From a virus (Duplodnaviria; Caudoviricetes), in IMG/VR virus record IMGVR_UViG_3300010885_013353, positions 161 through 64,160 of that record: a stretch of DNA of 64,000 bases. The stretch is one strand, 5' to 3'. The notes under the pieces are model-generated. The model worked only from the letters and a program-made list of their open reading frames with translations, was not told where the DNA came from and did no database searches. Both the position numbers and the translations under genes were made by a program. Shown here piece by piece: positions 39,073 to 48,008 of this stretch. How positions within the stretch are numbered: position 1 is the first letter of the stretch; every line of letters begins with the position of its first letter.

Positions 39073-40014
39073 TTAGTTCTCCAGTTTTAAAACTTCACGT
39101 ACATATTGTTCCGGTGTAATACCAAGTTTTTTGATGGTATTAACTTGCGAGGTGCTAAGACGAATCTTTTTTGAAGATGTCGATCTTGTCGCTGGCGCAA
39201 CAACTGTCGGACTTTTTCGCGGAGCTGCCTCCGACTCTGGACCTCCAAAATTTTCTGAAAATCTTCTCCGCATTGTCTTGTCCAACACGGAGTAATACTC
39301 ATCAGATCCAACCGAAACTCCAGTGCGCTTAAGTTTTTCGTGCAAACCTAATGCTGCAGCCGTCATTTCTTCATCTTGACCAAACCAAGGATTGCGCTCT
39401 TGCCACGCCATCGCTTTTTGATCAGGACGTTGAGTCTGTTGTTGAGGTTGTACTTCAAACTTTTCCTCTTGTAAAGGGGGCATTTTGAAGTTATTTACAC
39501 GGTCCATTTGGACTGTGGTCTTGGTAATAAGCTCTTGAGCATCCAAAAGCTTGTCTGTATCACCAGAATCATAGGCTTCGCGGTACGCTTTTTTAGCCAT
39601 TTCTAGCTTAAGCTCGTTCGAATCCTTGATTGCAGCAATATATTCTTCTTGACCGCTATTTAACATGCCCTTAATGCGCTTGTTTTCTTCCAAAAGGCGC
39701 TGGGCAGTGGTCAATGTTTCTTGCTGTTCCCGGTAAGCAGCCTCTTTTGCCCGGCGTTCGTCATGCCAGACCTTCTTAAGCTGTTTAAACTTCTGTCGAA
39801 CGTCGTCGGAATAGCTTTCAAGCTCTTCTTGCTCAAGCTTTTCAACTATTTCCTTGGGCATTGGCTGACGATTTCGGTCTTCAGCGGGTGTATCGTCTTC
39901 AATTTCGATATTAAGGTCTCCATCTCCCTCAATTTCGTAACTTAATTCTTGCTTTTTGTTGTTTTCCTGCAACTCATCAGGAAACTTGAATTCATCTTTT
40001 TCAAAATTAGCCAT
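39073..40014 (-). CDS. Putative scaffolding protein
   Basis: Acidic N-terminus, coiled coil, W...NPWFG, KLGIT.EQY end. Confidence 0.7.
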   Translation of the reverse strand: MANFEKDEFKFPDELQENNKKQELSYEIEGDGDLNIEIEDDTPAEDRNRQPMPKEIVEKLEQEELESYSDDVRQKFKQLKKVWHDERRAKEAAYREQQETLTTAQRLLEENKRIKGMLNSGQEEYIAAIKDSNELKLEMAKKAYREAYDSGDTDKLLDAQELITKTTVQMDRVNNFKMPPLQEEKFEVQPQQQTQRPDQKAMAWQERNPWFGQDEEMTAAALGLHEKLKRTGVSVGSDEYYSVLDKTMRRRFSENFGGPESEAAPRKSPTVVAPATRSTSSKKIRLSTSQVNTIKKLGITPEQYVREVLKLEN

Positions 40015-40025
40015 TTAAACGCTCC

Positions 40026-40442
40026 TTATTTTCGACGAATGCCACGAGGGTCATCAACAACACCTTCAACGCTGTCTTCGTTGATCATTCGGAACTCTCG
40101 TCCATGAATAACCAATCTTGAACCTGCATTTGGGCGTACCAATACAAAGTCACCTTTCTTGCACCAAGGTCCTGTTGGATAACGTGTTTTGTCCACGTAG
40201 CAATCAGGGCCAAGATCCACTACAAACAACACAGTGGTCAGGATTTCTTCATGTCGAAGGGTTTCGTCGGCTTTTGCCAGTCCGCTGTCGTACTCTTTTT
40301 CAATCTCAGGGATGGCACAAAGGATTTTCCAGCCACTTGGGCGTGGTAACTGCGTTGCTTTCTCTTCGGCGGTGGCCTCTGAGCGGTACATTCCTACCAC
40401 CTGCGGGTTATCGGGGTTTGAGCCGATTAAAATCTCAGTCAT
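40026..40442 (-). CDS. GroES-like co-chaperonin
   Basis: P.GW.IL, GPWCK.GD.V, E.R.INED.V. Confidence 0.8.
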   Translation of the reverse strand: MTEILIGSNPDNPQVVGMYRSEATAEEKATQLPRPSGWKILCAIPEIEKEYDSGLAKADETLRHEEILTTVLFVVDLGPDCYVDKTRYPTGPWCKKGDFVLVRPNAGSRLVIHGREFRMINEDSVEGVVDDPRGIRRK

Positions 40443-40623
40443 CTGAGGACTCCATGCGTTGTTTGAGGTCTAGGGTGTAGCCCTTTGCAGTGAGGAGACC
40501 TCTCACCTCCCCGCAAAGTCGTTTGTACTCATTGAAATCGTCAACATTTCCTGTTGTTAGATGGTCTTTGAGTTGTTGAACCTTCTCGTCGATTTGTTGA
40601 ATCAACAGTTCGATAGCTGTCAT
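40435..40623 (-). CDS. Small conserved protein after the portal gene
   Basis: G...F.EYK..CG...GL. Confidence 0.6.
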   Translation of the reverse strand: MTAIELLIQQIDEKVQQLKDHLTTGNVDDFNEYKRLCGEVRGLLTAKGYTLDLKQRMESSDD

Positions 40624-43112
40624 CTTTCACCTTTTGTCGGTTTTGATTGAATACTTGCTACATGTTGGGCTATACGCTCAGCCATTTGCTGCTTATGCTT
40701 TTGTGCATCAATACCAACACGCAGTCCTTCTGACATTTGTTGAGCTTCAAGCGACTCCTTGTCCATTGAAGCTTTAGACGCAATTCGAATGCCTTCAATC
40801 TGCGCTTGTGTATCAATGCGATCTTTTTCAATCTGGAGCTGAGCGGCTTTAAGCTGCGCATCTGTCTGGTCTTTCTGTTTCTTGCGGTCAAGCTCACCTG
40901 CCTTGATCTGCAGTTCAGCCTGTTGCATTTGAACCATTGGGTCTTGTGCTTGCTGCTGGGCCTGTTGCTGCATGGCTTGTTGTTGGTTTTGTGCCAACAA
41001 ACGCTGTGCTGCTTGAGCAATTAGCGGAGCCAAGCGGGATTCAACCTGTGGATCAATGTTTACTTCTTCACCATGCTCGTCTTTCTGCGGTGGCAGATTC
41101 ATTCCAAGCTGTTTCTCAATGTCTACGCGATAGGCAAAACCTATGTGTTCGGCAATGTGCGCTTGCATGGCAGACATCAATGCTTGGGCTTGCGGCATCT
41201 GTCCTATCATTTCTGCAATCTTTGGATCTTGCACTGCGGATGTATGTACTGAAATATGCGCTTCATGGTCTTGATAAGCAAAAGCTTTTACGGGCTTCAT
41301 CATCAAGATGTTTTGGTTTTCAGTGACAGGGTCTTCAGGCTTCTGATCATCTGCCATTGGCACAAGCTTTTGCGCTTCTTTAATTCCTAGCACCTCTAAC
41401 ATCTGGCGGTGCAATAACGGCAAGTTATAAAGCTGTGGAGCGCCTTGTGCTAATTGAAGAACGGCTTGGTATTGAACAATCTTCTGAGCCATTGTTGATG
41501 CGTTTGGGTCAGAGACTGGAATAACATCCACGTTCTTGTAGTCGGACTTGCGGGCTGTTCTACTTCCTTCTTGCGGTTCGTAGCTGTATTCATCGGGGGC
41601 GTTGTCTGCCATGATGTTTTTCAACAGCTTCAACTCTTGCTTGAGCGAGTAATGGATACGCGCTTGCACTGCACTCATCACCTTCAAGGTGCGTTCAAGA
41701 ATTGCAAGCGTTGTACCGACGGGAGCTTGCGACGACATGTCGCTGATCTTTAGGTCTGCAGTGTTAGCAAAACGACGACCGTCTTCAATGATTTGGTTCA
41801 TCAAACCAATCAGGACTTGGCTTGGCTCTTTGTACGGCAGAGGCAAGATGTTGTCTTTCAATGCACCGCTTGCTACATCAACGTCGCGGAACTCACCGGG
41901 GGCGATAGGTGTATCGTCACCCTTAACGCGCATGCCACGGGTTTTAAATCCGCCGGGCAGATTTGACAAGGTACCAGCATCAACAAGCTGACGAATCAAC
42001 GATGTGCCTGACTTGGCATAAGCACCGATCAGGTGGATCAAACCAAAGCAATAGAAACCAAAGCCGGGGATGTATCCGTAGTGGACAAAGTGCTGACGCT
42101 TTAATTGCTTCTTGTCATCGGGCTTCCAGTTGCGACGGATAGACAGGACTTTGTTTGTGCCTTTCTCAATGGTGACAACATAAGGAAGAGCAATGCCTGT
42201 CTGGTTGCCGTCTTTGTCTTCATGCTCAAAGCCGGGCATGTCGTAGTTAACATGCATCTCAAGAAGTTTGTAGCGGTCATCTGCTGTAGCTCTAAACCCA
42301 AGCTTCTCGGCAATCTTCTTTTCCACTTCATCTAAAACATTAACTGGATCGCCTAAGTCCACATCACGATAGAAACCAGCAACCTGAAGCTTGCGCAGTT
42401 CGTTCTCTGTCTTACGCATCACATGCGTGATACGCTCTGCTGACTCAAGACTACTTGCGCCGTAAGGCACCACCACGTCTTCAGCAGGAATAAATAGGGC
42501 AACTTGACGGCCTAGGTTGGGGTCTTCGTAGACCTTCTTAAAGGCGTTACCAGCAAGGCCCAGTCCCCACATTGTCCGCTCTGTTTCTGGGCGGTACTCA
42601 GGCATCTTTTCTGTCAGCTCGTAGTTCATGTCCTGTCGAACACGCATGGCTGACTCTTTCATCTCTTGCGTTTCTTTGCCGATAATCTTGGTCATCACAG
42701 GACCTTCGGCAGGGAATATTGACATCACGCTTTCAGCTTGGAACTTAACCAAGGCTTCAGCTAAGAGAGGATGGTACACACCGCAGGCACCTTCCCAAGG
42801 CTCTGTTCTGTCTTCTATCTTCAGGCCCAGCAACTCAAGACCGTCTACATAGGTCTGAATCCAGTCTTTACGCGAAGCAACGTCGGATTCAAAATCATCA
42901 ACCAAGTCTGACGCAAGGGTCTGTAGGGCTGACTCGCTCATCTCTTCTGCTAGGTTTGCAGAAAACTCATCGTCGCCATCAGGCACTATTTCAATTTCTA
43001 TTCCATCCATTTCAATGGATACGGAGTCGGGGTTTTCAATCTCAATCTGGATAGCCGGATCAAGTTGATCTAAACCCATTGGTGCTTGGTAAAGTGATTT
43101 TTCAATAGCCAT
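40620..43112 (-). CDS. Portal protein (P22-like with Gln-rich barrel)
   Basis: 830 aa after TerL; PW.GA.GV.HP, AFKKVY, Q-rich C-terminus. Confidence 0.85.
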   Translation of the reverse strand: MAIEKSLYQAPMGLDQLDPAIQIEIENPDSVSIEMDGIEIEIVPDGDDEFSANLAEEMSESALQTLASDLVDDFESDVASRKDWIQTYVDGLELLGLKIEDRTEPWEGACGVYHPLLAEALVKFQAESVMSIFPAEGPVMTKIIGKETQEMKESAMRVRQDMNYELTEKMPEYRPETERTMWGLGLAGNAFKKVYEDPNLGRQVALFIPAEDVVVPYGASSLESAERITHVMRKTENELRKLQVAGFYRDVDLGDPVNVLDEVEKKIAEKLGFRATADDRYKLLEMHVNYDMPGFEHEDKDGNQTGIALPYVVTIEKGTNKVLSIRRNWKPDDKKQLKRQHFVHYGYIPGFGFYCFGLIHLIGAYAKSGTSLIRQLVDAGTLSNLPGGFKTRGMRVKGDDTPIAPGEFRDVDVASGALKDNILPLPYKEPSQVLIGLMNQIIEDGRRFANTADLKISDMSSQAPVGTTLAILERTLKVMSAVQARIHYSLKQELKLLKNIMADNAPDEYSYEPQEGSRTARKSDYKNVDVIPVSDPNASTMAQKIVQYQAVLQLAQGAPQLYNLPLLHRQMLEVLGIKEAQKLVPMADDQKPEDPVTENQNILMMKPVKAFAYQDHEAHISVHTSAVQDPKIAEMIGQMPQAQALMSAMQAHIAEHIGFAYRVDIEKQLGMNLPPQKDEHGEEVNIDPQVESRLAPLIAQAAQRLLAQNQQQAMQQQAQQQAQDPMVQMQQAELQIKAGELDRKKQKDQTDAQLKAAQLQIEKDRIDTQAQIEGIRIASKASMDKESLEAQQMSEGLRVGIDAQKHKQQMAERIAQHVASIQSKPTKGER

Positions 43113-43120
43113 GTTGTGTC

Positions 43121-44623
43121 TCAGTAATACGCAGCCTTGCGTTTAATAACGGGTTCATCATCCTCATCGGAAGCGAGGCGAAGAAACCCACCCTGTCGAA
43201 ATCTCAATAACGCCTGACTGGTAGAGTCAACCAAGTCATCATGCTCGCCGTTTGGAAACGAGGCGCATTCTTCCATGACCTCTTCAGCCCATCTTGTATC
43301 TGGACACCATACATACCCTGATGCAAACAAATCAGATATAGCGTTTACACGGGCTATCTTATCAGAACCCTTGCTTGGTGTGTACTCTGATAAAGGAATA
43401 CCAATCTGCCGCAATTCATATATCAATGGCGCACCTGCGGCTTTCTTTTCAATAATCAACGAATCTGGGTTCCATTCCTTGTACAGCTCATAAGCTTTTT
43501 TCTTTAGCTCTGGGAACTCCATGCGTTGTTTAAACGCATCTAACAGGATAATGTTAACTACATCCACCCCGGTATCATCAGGAAGGTGAAAGACACCCCA
43601 AGTTGTACAGGCAGAGTAGTCGGCCCGACTGTTCTTTTCAAAGGCGGTATCCCAGCTCTGGATTAGGTATTCACAGGTAGGGGGATGGTCCTTATGCCAG
43701 ATCTTCCACATCTCGCGCTTGATGATTGCGCCCTCTTCAGATGTTGGATTCTGTTGGTATTGAGCTTCCCACTTACTGACGGGGATTTCAGCCTTGATTG
43801 CTTCGAGTTCTTTCTTGGACCAGAACTCTTCCCAGAGCGGGTTACCAGAAGGCAAAAGAGCTGGAAACTCAATGACTTCCCACTCATCGCCTTCTCTTTT
43901 AATAGAGTTCTGTAGGATCTGTCCGGTCAGGTCTCTTTTTGACCAGCGGGTCATCACAATAATAATTGATCCGCCCGGTTGAAGTCGCTGACGAGGACCG
44001 GAGGAATACCATTCATAGACCCGATCATAGACCTCTGGGTTGCCTTGCATGGCCTCTTGTTCTGAATGCGGGTCATCAATAATCAGAATGTCAGCGCCCT
44101 TACCTGTTACTGCACCGCCTACACCGATAGCAAAGTAGTCTCCGCCTTTACTGGTATTCCAGCGACCAGCGGCCTTTGAATCACTTGAAAGCTTGGTCTT
44201 AAAGACTTCCTGATAATCAGGACTGTTTACAAGGTTCCTGACCTTTCGACCAAAACCCGTAGCAAGTTCTGCAGTGTGGGCGGTCTGAATGATCTTCTTT
44301 TCAGGATACTTGCCCAGAAACCAAGCTGGAAACAGATAGGATGCAAACTCCGACTTTGTGTGGCGCGGAGGCATGTTGATGATCAATCTCTTTAGTTCTC
44401 CATTGGCAACGCGTTCAAAGGCATCAGCCATGATCTTATGATGCCGACCGGCAATGAAGGCAGACCACATGTTGGTGACAAAAGGCATAAAGCCATCTCT
44501 GCACCGTTCTACTTTATCCGCTCGCAATAGCTGATGGATCTTGGCTATCTCAGGCGAGTTGGCAGGTAAAACATCTAAAAGCTTTAAATACCGCTTTACC
44601 TCATCGGAGGTCAGTAAACTCAT
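43121..44623 (-). CDS. terL: Terminase large subunit
   Basis: MPPRHTKS Walker A, IIDDP Walker B, MTRW, SWDTA, HDDLVD. Confidence 0.95.
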   Translation of the reverse strand: MSLLTSDEVKRYLKLLDVLPANSPEIAKIHQLLRADKVERCRDGFMPFVTNMWSAFIAGRHHKIMADAFERVANGELKRLIINMPPRHTKSEFASYLFPAWFLGKYPEKKIIQTAHTAELATGFGRKVRNLVNSPDYQEVFKTKLSSDSKAAGRWNTSKGGDYFAIGVGGAVTGKGADILIIDDPHSEQEAMQGNPEVYDRVYEWYSSGPRQRLQPGGSIIIVMTRWSKRDLTGQILQNSIKREGDEWEVIEFPALLPSGNPLWEEFWSKKELEAIKAEIPVSKWEAQYQQNPTSEEGAIIKREMWKIWHKDHPPTCEYLIQSWDTAFEKNSRADYSACTTWGVFHLPDDTGVDVVNIILLDAFKQRMEFPELKKKAYELYKEWNPDSLIIEKKAAGAPLIYELRQIGIPLSEYTPSKGSDKIARVNAISDLFASGYVWCPDTRWAEEVMEECASFPNGEHDDLVDSTSQALLRFRQGGFLRLASDEDDEPVIKRKAAYY

Positions 44624-44850
44624 AGCTTCTCGATATGCTGGACCGACTTATCCACTAAAGTCATAGACCGAATAAGGTGGGGGCGGATATCCAGCAATCC
44701 TTCTTTGCGCAACTCATGCACAAGCCGGTGGATGTTTGACTTACTTTTCAAACTCAATCCTTGCGCAATGTCAGCATAGGAAGGCGAAAACCCTTTGATC
44801 TTTATATACGTCTGGACAAAGTCCAAGACTAACTTCTGTTTAGGTGTCAT
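44620..44850 (-). CDS. Stand-alone LexA-like DNA-binding domain
   Basis: MT.KQ..VLDF........G.SPS..DIA..L...S. Confidence 0.8.
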   Translation of the reverse strand: MTPKQKLVLDFVQTYIKIKGFSPSYADIAQGLSLKSKSNIHRLVHELRKEGLLDIRPHLIRSMTLVDKSVQHIEKL

Positions 44851-45094
44851 ATTCTGAGTTAATAATCCAAAACTGTGGAGTGCGCGGACCTACATACGCG
44901 CAAGCAATGTTGAAATCGAAATACTCCCAAGCCTCATCCTCTGACATATCTTCTGCTAACTTATCAATGACCGCGTCTCTACTGTATATAACCACAGGTA
45001 GTCCCTCTGGACTAATGGTTAATCCAACAATGCAGTCATCAAAGCCATCTGCAAACAAAAGCTCAGGGTCTAACTTAGCAAGTTCTTCTTTCAA
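44840..45094 (-). CDS. Conserved hypothetical phage protein
   Basis: ADGFDD.I.G...EA.EYF.FN...AYVG..TP. Confidence 0.65.
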   Translation of the reverse strand: MKEELAKLDPELLFADGFDDCIVGLTISPEGLPVVIYSRDAVIDKLAEDMSEDEAWEYFDFNIACAYVGPRTPQFWIINSEYDT

Positions 45095-45141
45095 AATATA
45101 TATACCCCCGGGGTGAACAAAACAGAAACGTTCTGGGGTGT

Positions 45142-45170
45142 ATTCTCTATCAATGTTTAAACGAAGTCAA
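45142..45170 (-). promoter_or_regulatory. Sigma70-like promoter TTGACT-17-GAGAAT with GTTTAAAC in the spacer
   Basis: Read on the minus strand upstream of the TerL operon. Confidence 0.55.
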
Positions 45171-45180
45171 GCTTAAATGA

Positions 45181-45415
45181 AGAAGGGGTAGGGGTACGAA
45201 CGTTCGTGTTGAGGATTGGATAGTGATAGGATGTGTGGAATGTACTGTATGGGTATACAGGAGTGACGCGCCTGTTCTAGGGGGTGGGGAGTGGGTGGGG
45301 TTGGGCTATGGGCGTATCGCAAAGGGTGGGGCTGTCGCATGGCGGATCGATTGGATTGGATACGATAGGATAGGATAGATCGATTGGGATCGGATAGTCA
45401 ATAGGGATTAGCTAA
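45181..45415. other. G-rich, strand-asymmetric non-coding tract (candidate packaging/terminus region)
   Basis: G-runs and GGAT/GATA iterations between TerS and TerL. Confidence 0.5.
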
Positions 45416-45470
45416 TGACCATATCCGGATACAAAAGACCTGACCAGTTCTCTACAAAGGGTTTAAACGG

Positions 45471-46085
45471 TCAGTGCTTGGTAGCACCATCGAGCAGTGC
45501 AAGGTGCGTCTCGAGTTCCCGTTTCAGTTGGTCGGTGCTGACCTCTTCCACCTTGGTCTCCACCTTGTCGGTGAACATCCCCACAGCCCTGCCGATTAGC
45601 TCCAGTGCTTTGAGCTTAGACCCTTCGCTCTTCATCTCTTTGGCGTGAGCCAGTAGTTCGGTCATGACGTGCCGTCTGGTTGCCACAGCATCACTTACGA
45701 GGTTTTCTTCCCGCTTGTCCAAGGATGACTGGAGCAGGACACTCACTTTTGGATCGTTCATTAGACGATTCGCTGACGTTGCAATCGTGGACTCATTGGC
45801 GGTCAGGCAGTTGTAGGCTTTTCTGTAACTCTCTCTGGGAGAAAGCCCTTGAACTATCAGGGATGCAAATAGTCTTTGCTTAGCTGTTATACGTCCCCTT
45901 GTGTTCAACTTGACACCGTAGAGCTTTCCATCCTTTGTGCGTCTCTCTACGACCGATTCAACCGCTGTTCGCAGTTGCTCACTGTCTAGGACGGGCGCGG
46001 GGATTTTGAAAGCGTGTTCGCCTGTCCCAGTGCTATCACTTAACAGACCGTCAAGGTCATCATCTACCTGTGGTTTTTGGTTCAT
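45471..46085 (-). CDS. terS: Terminase small subunit
   Basis: IT.KQ..FA....G......Y...Y, A.RL...PKV, KALEL.G...GMF.DK. Confidence 0.8.
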   Translation of the reverse strand: MNQKPQVDDDLDGLLSDSTGTGEHAFKIPAPVLDSEQLRTAVESVVERRTKDGKLYGVKLNTRGRITAKQRLFASLIVQGLSPRESYRKAYNCLTANESTIATSANRLMNDPKVSVLLQSSLDKREENLVSDAVATRRHVMTELLAHAKEMKSEGSKLKALELIGRAVGMFTDKVETKVEEVSTDQLKRELETHLALLDGATKH

Positions 46086-46134
46086 TTCCTGTTCCCTTGC
46101 GTATCTGTCTCACGCCCTGAGACACCTGCCTGCG

Positions 46135-46163
46135 ATGATCACTGTTTAAACGTACAGTGTCAA
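46135..46163 (-). promoter_or_regulatory. Sigma70-like promoter TTGACA-17-GATCAT with GTTTAAAC in the spacer
   Basis: Perfect -35 upstream of terS. Confidence 0.6.
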
Positions 46164-46188
46164 CCCCAGTTCGCGAACTGTTCGTAAG

Positions 46189-46237
46189 TTATCCACAATC
46201 TGTTGCAAGTTATCCACATATCCACAAGTTATCCACA
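46189..46237 (+). promoter_or_regulatory. DnaA-box cluster
   Basis: TTATCCACA at 46189, 46210 and 46229, plus ATATCCACA at 46218. Confidence 0.8.
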
Positions 46238-46247
46238 GATTGATGAG

Positions 46248-46527
46248 CTAAGTATTCATTAGAGTTTTTATCGCAGTGGTCAAGGGGTAAGTATCAACCT
46301 CAAAACAAATCGCTCTGAGGGCGTTTAAACGGCTCGCCTTCTGTTTTGCAAAACCCTGTCTTCCAAAAATACGAATTGACTTGCGGTCGCGACCATGCAT
46401 CAGGCACTAAGCATTCATTAGAGTTTTTAACGAGGGGGTCAAGGGGGTAATGTGCATTTCAAAACAAATCGCTTAGCGGTCGTTTAAACAAGCCGCCTTC
46501 TGTTTTGCAAAACCCTCCCTTCCAAAA
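46248..46527 (+). repeat. Two imperfect ~120-bp direct repeats, period 159 bp
   Basis: Units start at 46248 and 46407; share ATTCATTAGAGTTTTTA, CAAAACAAATCGCT, GTTTAAAC, CGCCTTCTGTTTTGCAAAACCCT. Confidence 0.9.
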
Positions 46528-46565
46528 CTAAAAAGGGACAAAACACAACAAAACAGTGAAAGCCC

Positions 46566-46595
46566 TTGTGATGTTTAAACACTATCGAATACACT
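46566..46595 (+). promoter_or_regulatory. Candidate early promoter TTGTGA-18-TACACT with GTTTAAAC in the spacer
   Basis: Upstream of the early operon. Confidence 0.4.
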
Positions 46596-46614
46596 GGAGG
46601 CTCAGTACAACAAG

Positions 46615-46685
46615 GGTTCTAGGTCATCATCCAATAGCCGCCCGACTCGCCAGATGCAGGTTCTAGGTCACCATCCAAGACCGCC
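46615..46685 (+). repeat. Short direct repeat GGTTCTAGGTCAYCATCCAA...CCGCC (x2)
   Basis: Copies at 46615 and 46659. Confidence 0.8.
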
Positions 46686-46821
46686 TACATCACCGCCAGA
46701 TCCCGAGGCGCAGACTCAATCGGGAGGGGTTCTAAAACGTTGCCCCCTTAATAAAAGTGCTGATGGCTAACCAAGAGAACAGCTACCAAAGCAGGGTCAA
46801 GCCGCGAGGCTCAGCCCTGCC

Positions 46822-46867
46822 GAAAGTAACCCGACAGCATCTACTGGGTGCTGTCTGATTTACTTTC
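46822..46867 (+). ncRNA. Long RNA hairpin A (RNase III-site-like)
   Basis: GAAAGTAA/TTACTTTC outer stem and GACAGCA/TGCTGTC inner stem. Confidence 0.6.
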
Positions 46868-46880
46868 ACTGGAGAACATC

Positions 46881-47213
46881 ATGAAATATCAATACATCAC
46901 AAAGCAAGCAATCAAGCCCGAGTCGAGTTGGTCAAATGCAGACCTTGCCTTGTTTCACTACTCCAACCCCAACGGGCTGATGGCTGAAAAGAATGCACTG
47001 AACAAACAGATCAGCGAACTAGTTGATCAGGGCAAGTGCAAGGAATTTGCAGTCATTGCATACGGTTCGCTCAACACCTTATTGCCTGATCGCCTTTATG
47101 GGTTGGTCAACAAAAAAAGAGTCAGTACCAGTGATGTCTGCTACACGCTGACGGCACTAAAGCAAAGTGTCATAAAGGCGCGGGAGTTTATCGCTGAAGT
47201 CAACGCAACCTGA
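46881..47213 (+). CDS. Early hypothetical protein
   Basis: GGAG RBS, first gene of the + operon. Confidence 0.65.
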   Translation: MKYQYITKQAIKPESSWSNADLALFHYSNPNGLMAEKNALNKQISELVDQGKCKEFAVIAYGSLNTLLPDRLYGLVNKKRVSTSDVCYTLTALKQSVIKAREFIAEVNAT

Positions 47214-47260
47214 GAGTCAACCGACAACGTTTTATGAGAGCGTTGTCTGATTTACTTTCA
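47211..47260 (+). ncRNA. Long RNA hairpin B, paralog of hairpin A
   Basis: TGAGAGT/ACTTTCA outer stem and GACAACG/CGTTGTC inner stem; same TGATTTACTTTCA tail. Confidence 0.6.
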
Positions 47261-47278
47261 ACCCAACGGAGATACACC

Positions 47279-47476
47279 ATGCAAACAGCACGTAAAACAG
47301 AACTCATTCAGGACTGGGGATTTGAGCAACACGCAAGCGGCTTCTACTTCCGCGACATCTACAGCGATCATGGCTATCGTGAAATGTGGACAGCGGGAGA
47401 ACCTGACCTAATCAAGTTCCTGAAAGGCGGCGAGTGGTCGCATAACTACCAGATTGACTGGTCACTTTACAACTAA
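47279..47476 (+). CDS. Early hypothetical protein
   Basis: GGAG RBS. Confidence 0.6.
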   Translation: MQTARKTELIQDWGFEQHASGFYFRDIYSDHGYREMWTAGEPDLIKFLKGGEWSHNYQIDWSLYN

Positions 47477-47514
47477 CCAACGGGGCGAAAGCCCCTCACT
47501 ACTGGAGATACACC

Positions 47515-47748
47515 ATGCACACAATGACTGACGTTATCGACTTCGCAAAATGCTCTGCCCTTACTGCCATCGATCAGATGGACGCGTTCGAGGACAGTGA
47601 GACCGCACACTGGCTTAACCTGATCGAAACTTTGAACGAATATCGGGCATCAATTGAGCGCGGTATCGATCAACCCTTTATTAAGACCGTTCGCCAAGCT
47701 CTCAAGGCTTACAACGATGAAATCGAATTAATCAAAGCAACCAACTAA
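47515..47748 (+). CDS. Early hypothetical protein
   Basis: GGAG RBS. Confidence 0.6.
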   Translation: MHTMTDVIDFAKCSALTAIDQMDAFEDSETAHWLNLIETLNEYRASIERGIDQPFIKTVRQALKAYNDEIELIKATN

Positions 47749-47764
47749 CCAACTGGAGATCACT

Positions 47765-47854
47765 ATGGACGCTTACATTTTCTTAGCTGTTTATACCGCC
47801 TACACCGCCCTAGCCTACGGGGTTTTGTATGCCCTTGAAACCCTCGAAAAATAA
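47765..47854 (+). CDS. 29-aa single-TM peptide
   Basis: MDAYIFLAVYTAYTALAYGVLYALETLEK with GGAG RBS. Confidence 0.55.
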   Translation: MDAYIFLAVYTAYTALAYGVLYALETLEK

Positions 47855-47867
47855 AGGAAACCTACAA

Positions 47868-48008
47868 ATGAAAACGCAACCAAGCAAGACCTACCCTTGG
47901 GAACTGATTACCGAACGCGAAAAGCTCTACTTCAAGACATTGAAAGACGCGAGGCTGTTTGCCCAACAACAGGCGTACGGTCTATCGATTATCCGCAAGC
48001 GCAACTGA
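47868..48008 (+). CDS. 46-aa early protein
   Basis: AAGGA RBS; FKTLKDA motif; its stop codon lies in the hammerhead core. Confidence 0.6.
   Translation: MKTQPSKTYPWELITEREKLYFKTLKDARLFAQQQAYGLSIIRKRN

Noticed and set aside
40026-40442. GroES-like gene without GroEL as a novelty
   Set aside because: Phage-encoded co-chaperonins for capsid folding are well known
46248-46685. Repeats as a CRISPR array
   Set aside because: Only two copies of each unit, wrong sizes, and no cas operon
46751-46830. CTGATGG...CGAAAG as a second hammerhead
   Set aside because: Core deviates from CUGANGA and the required stems are not evident
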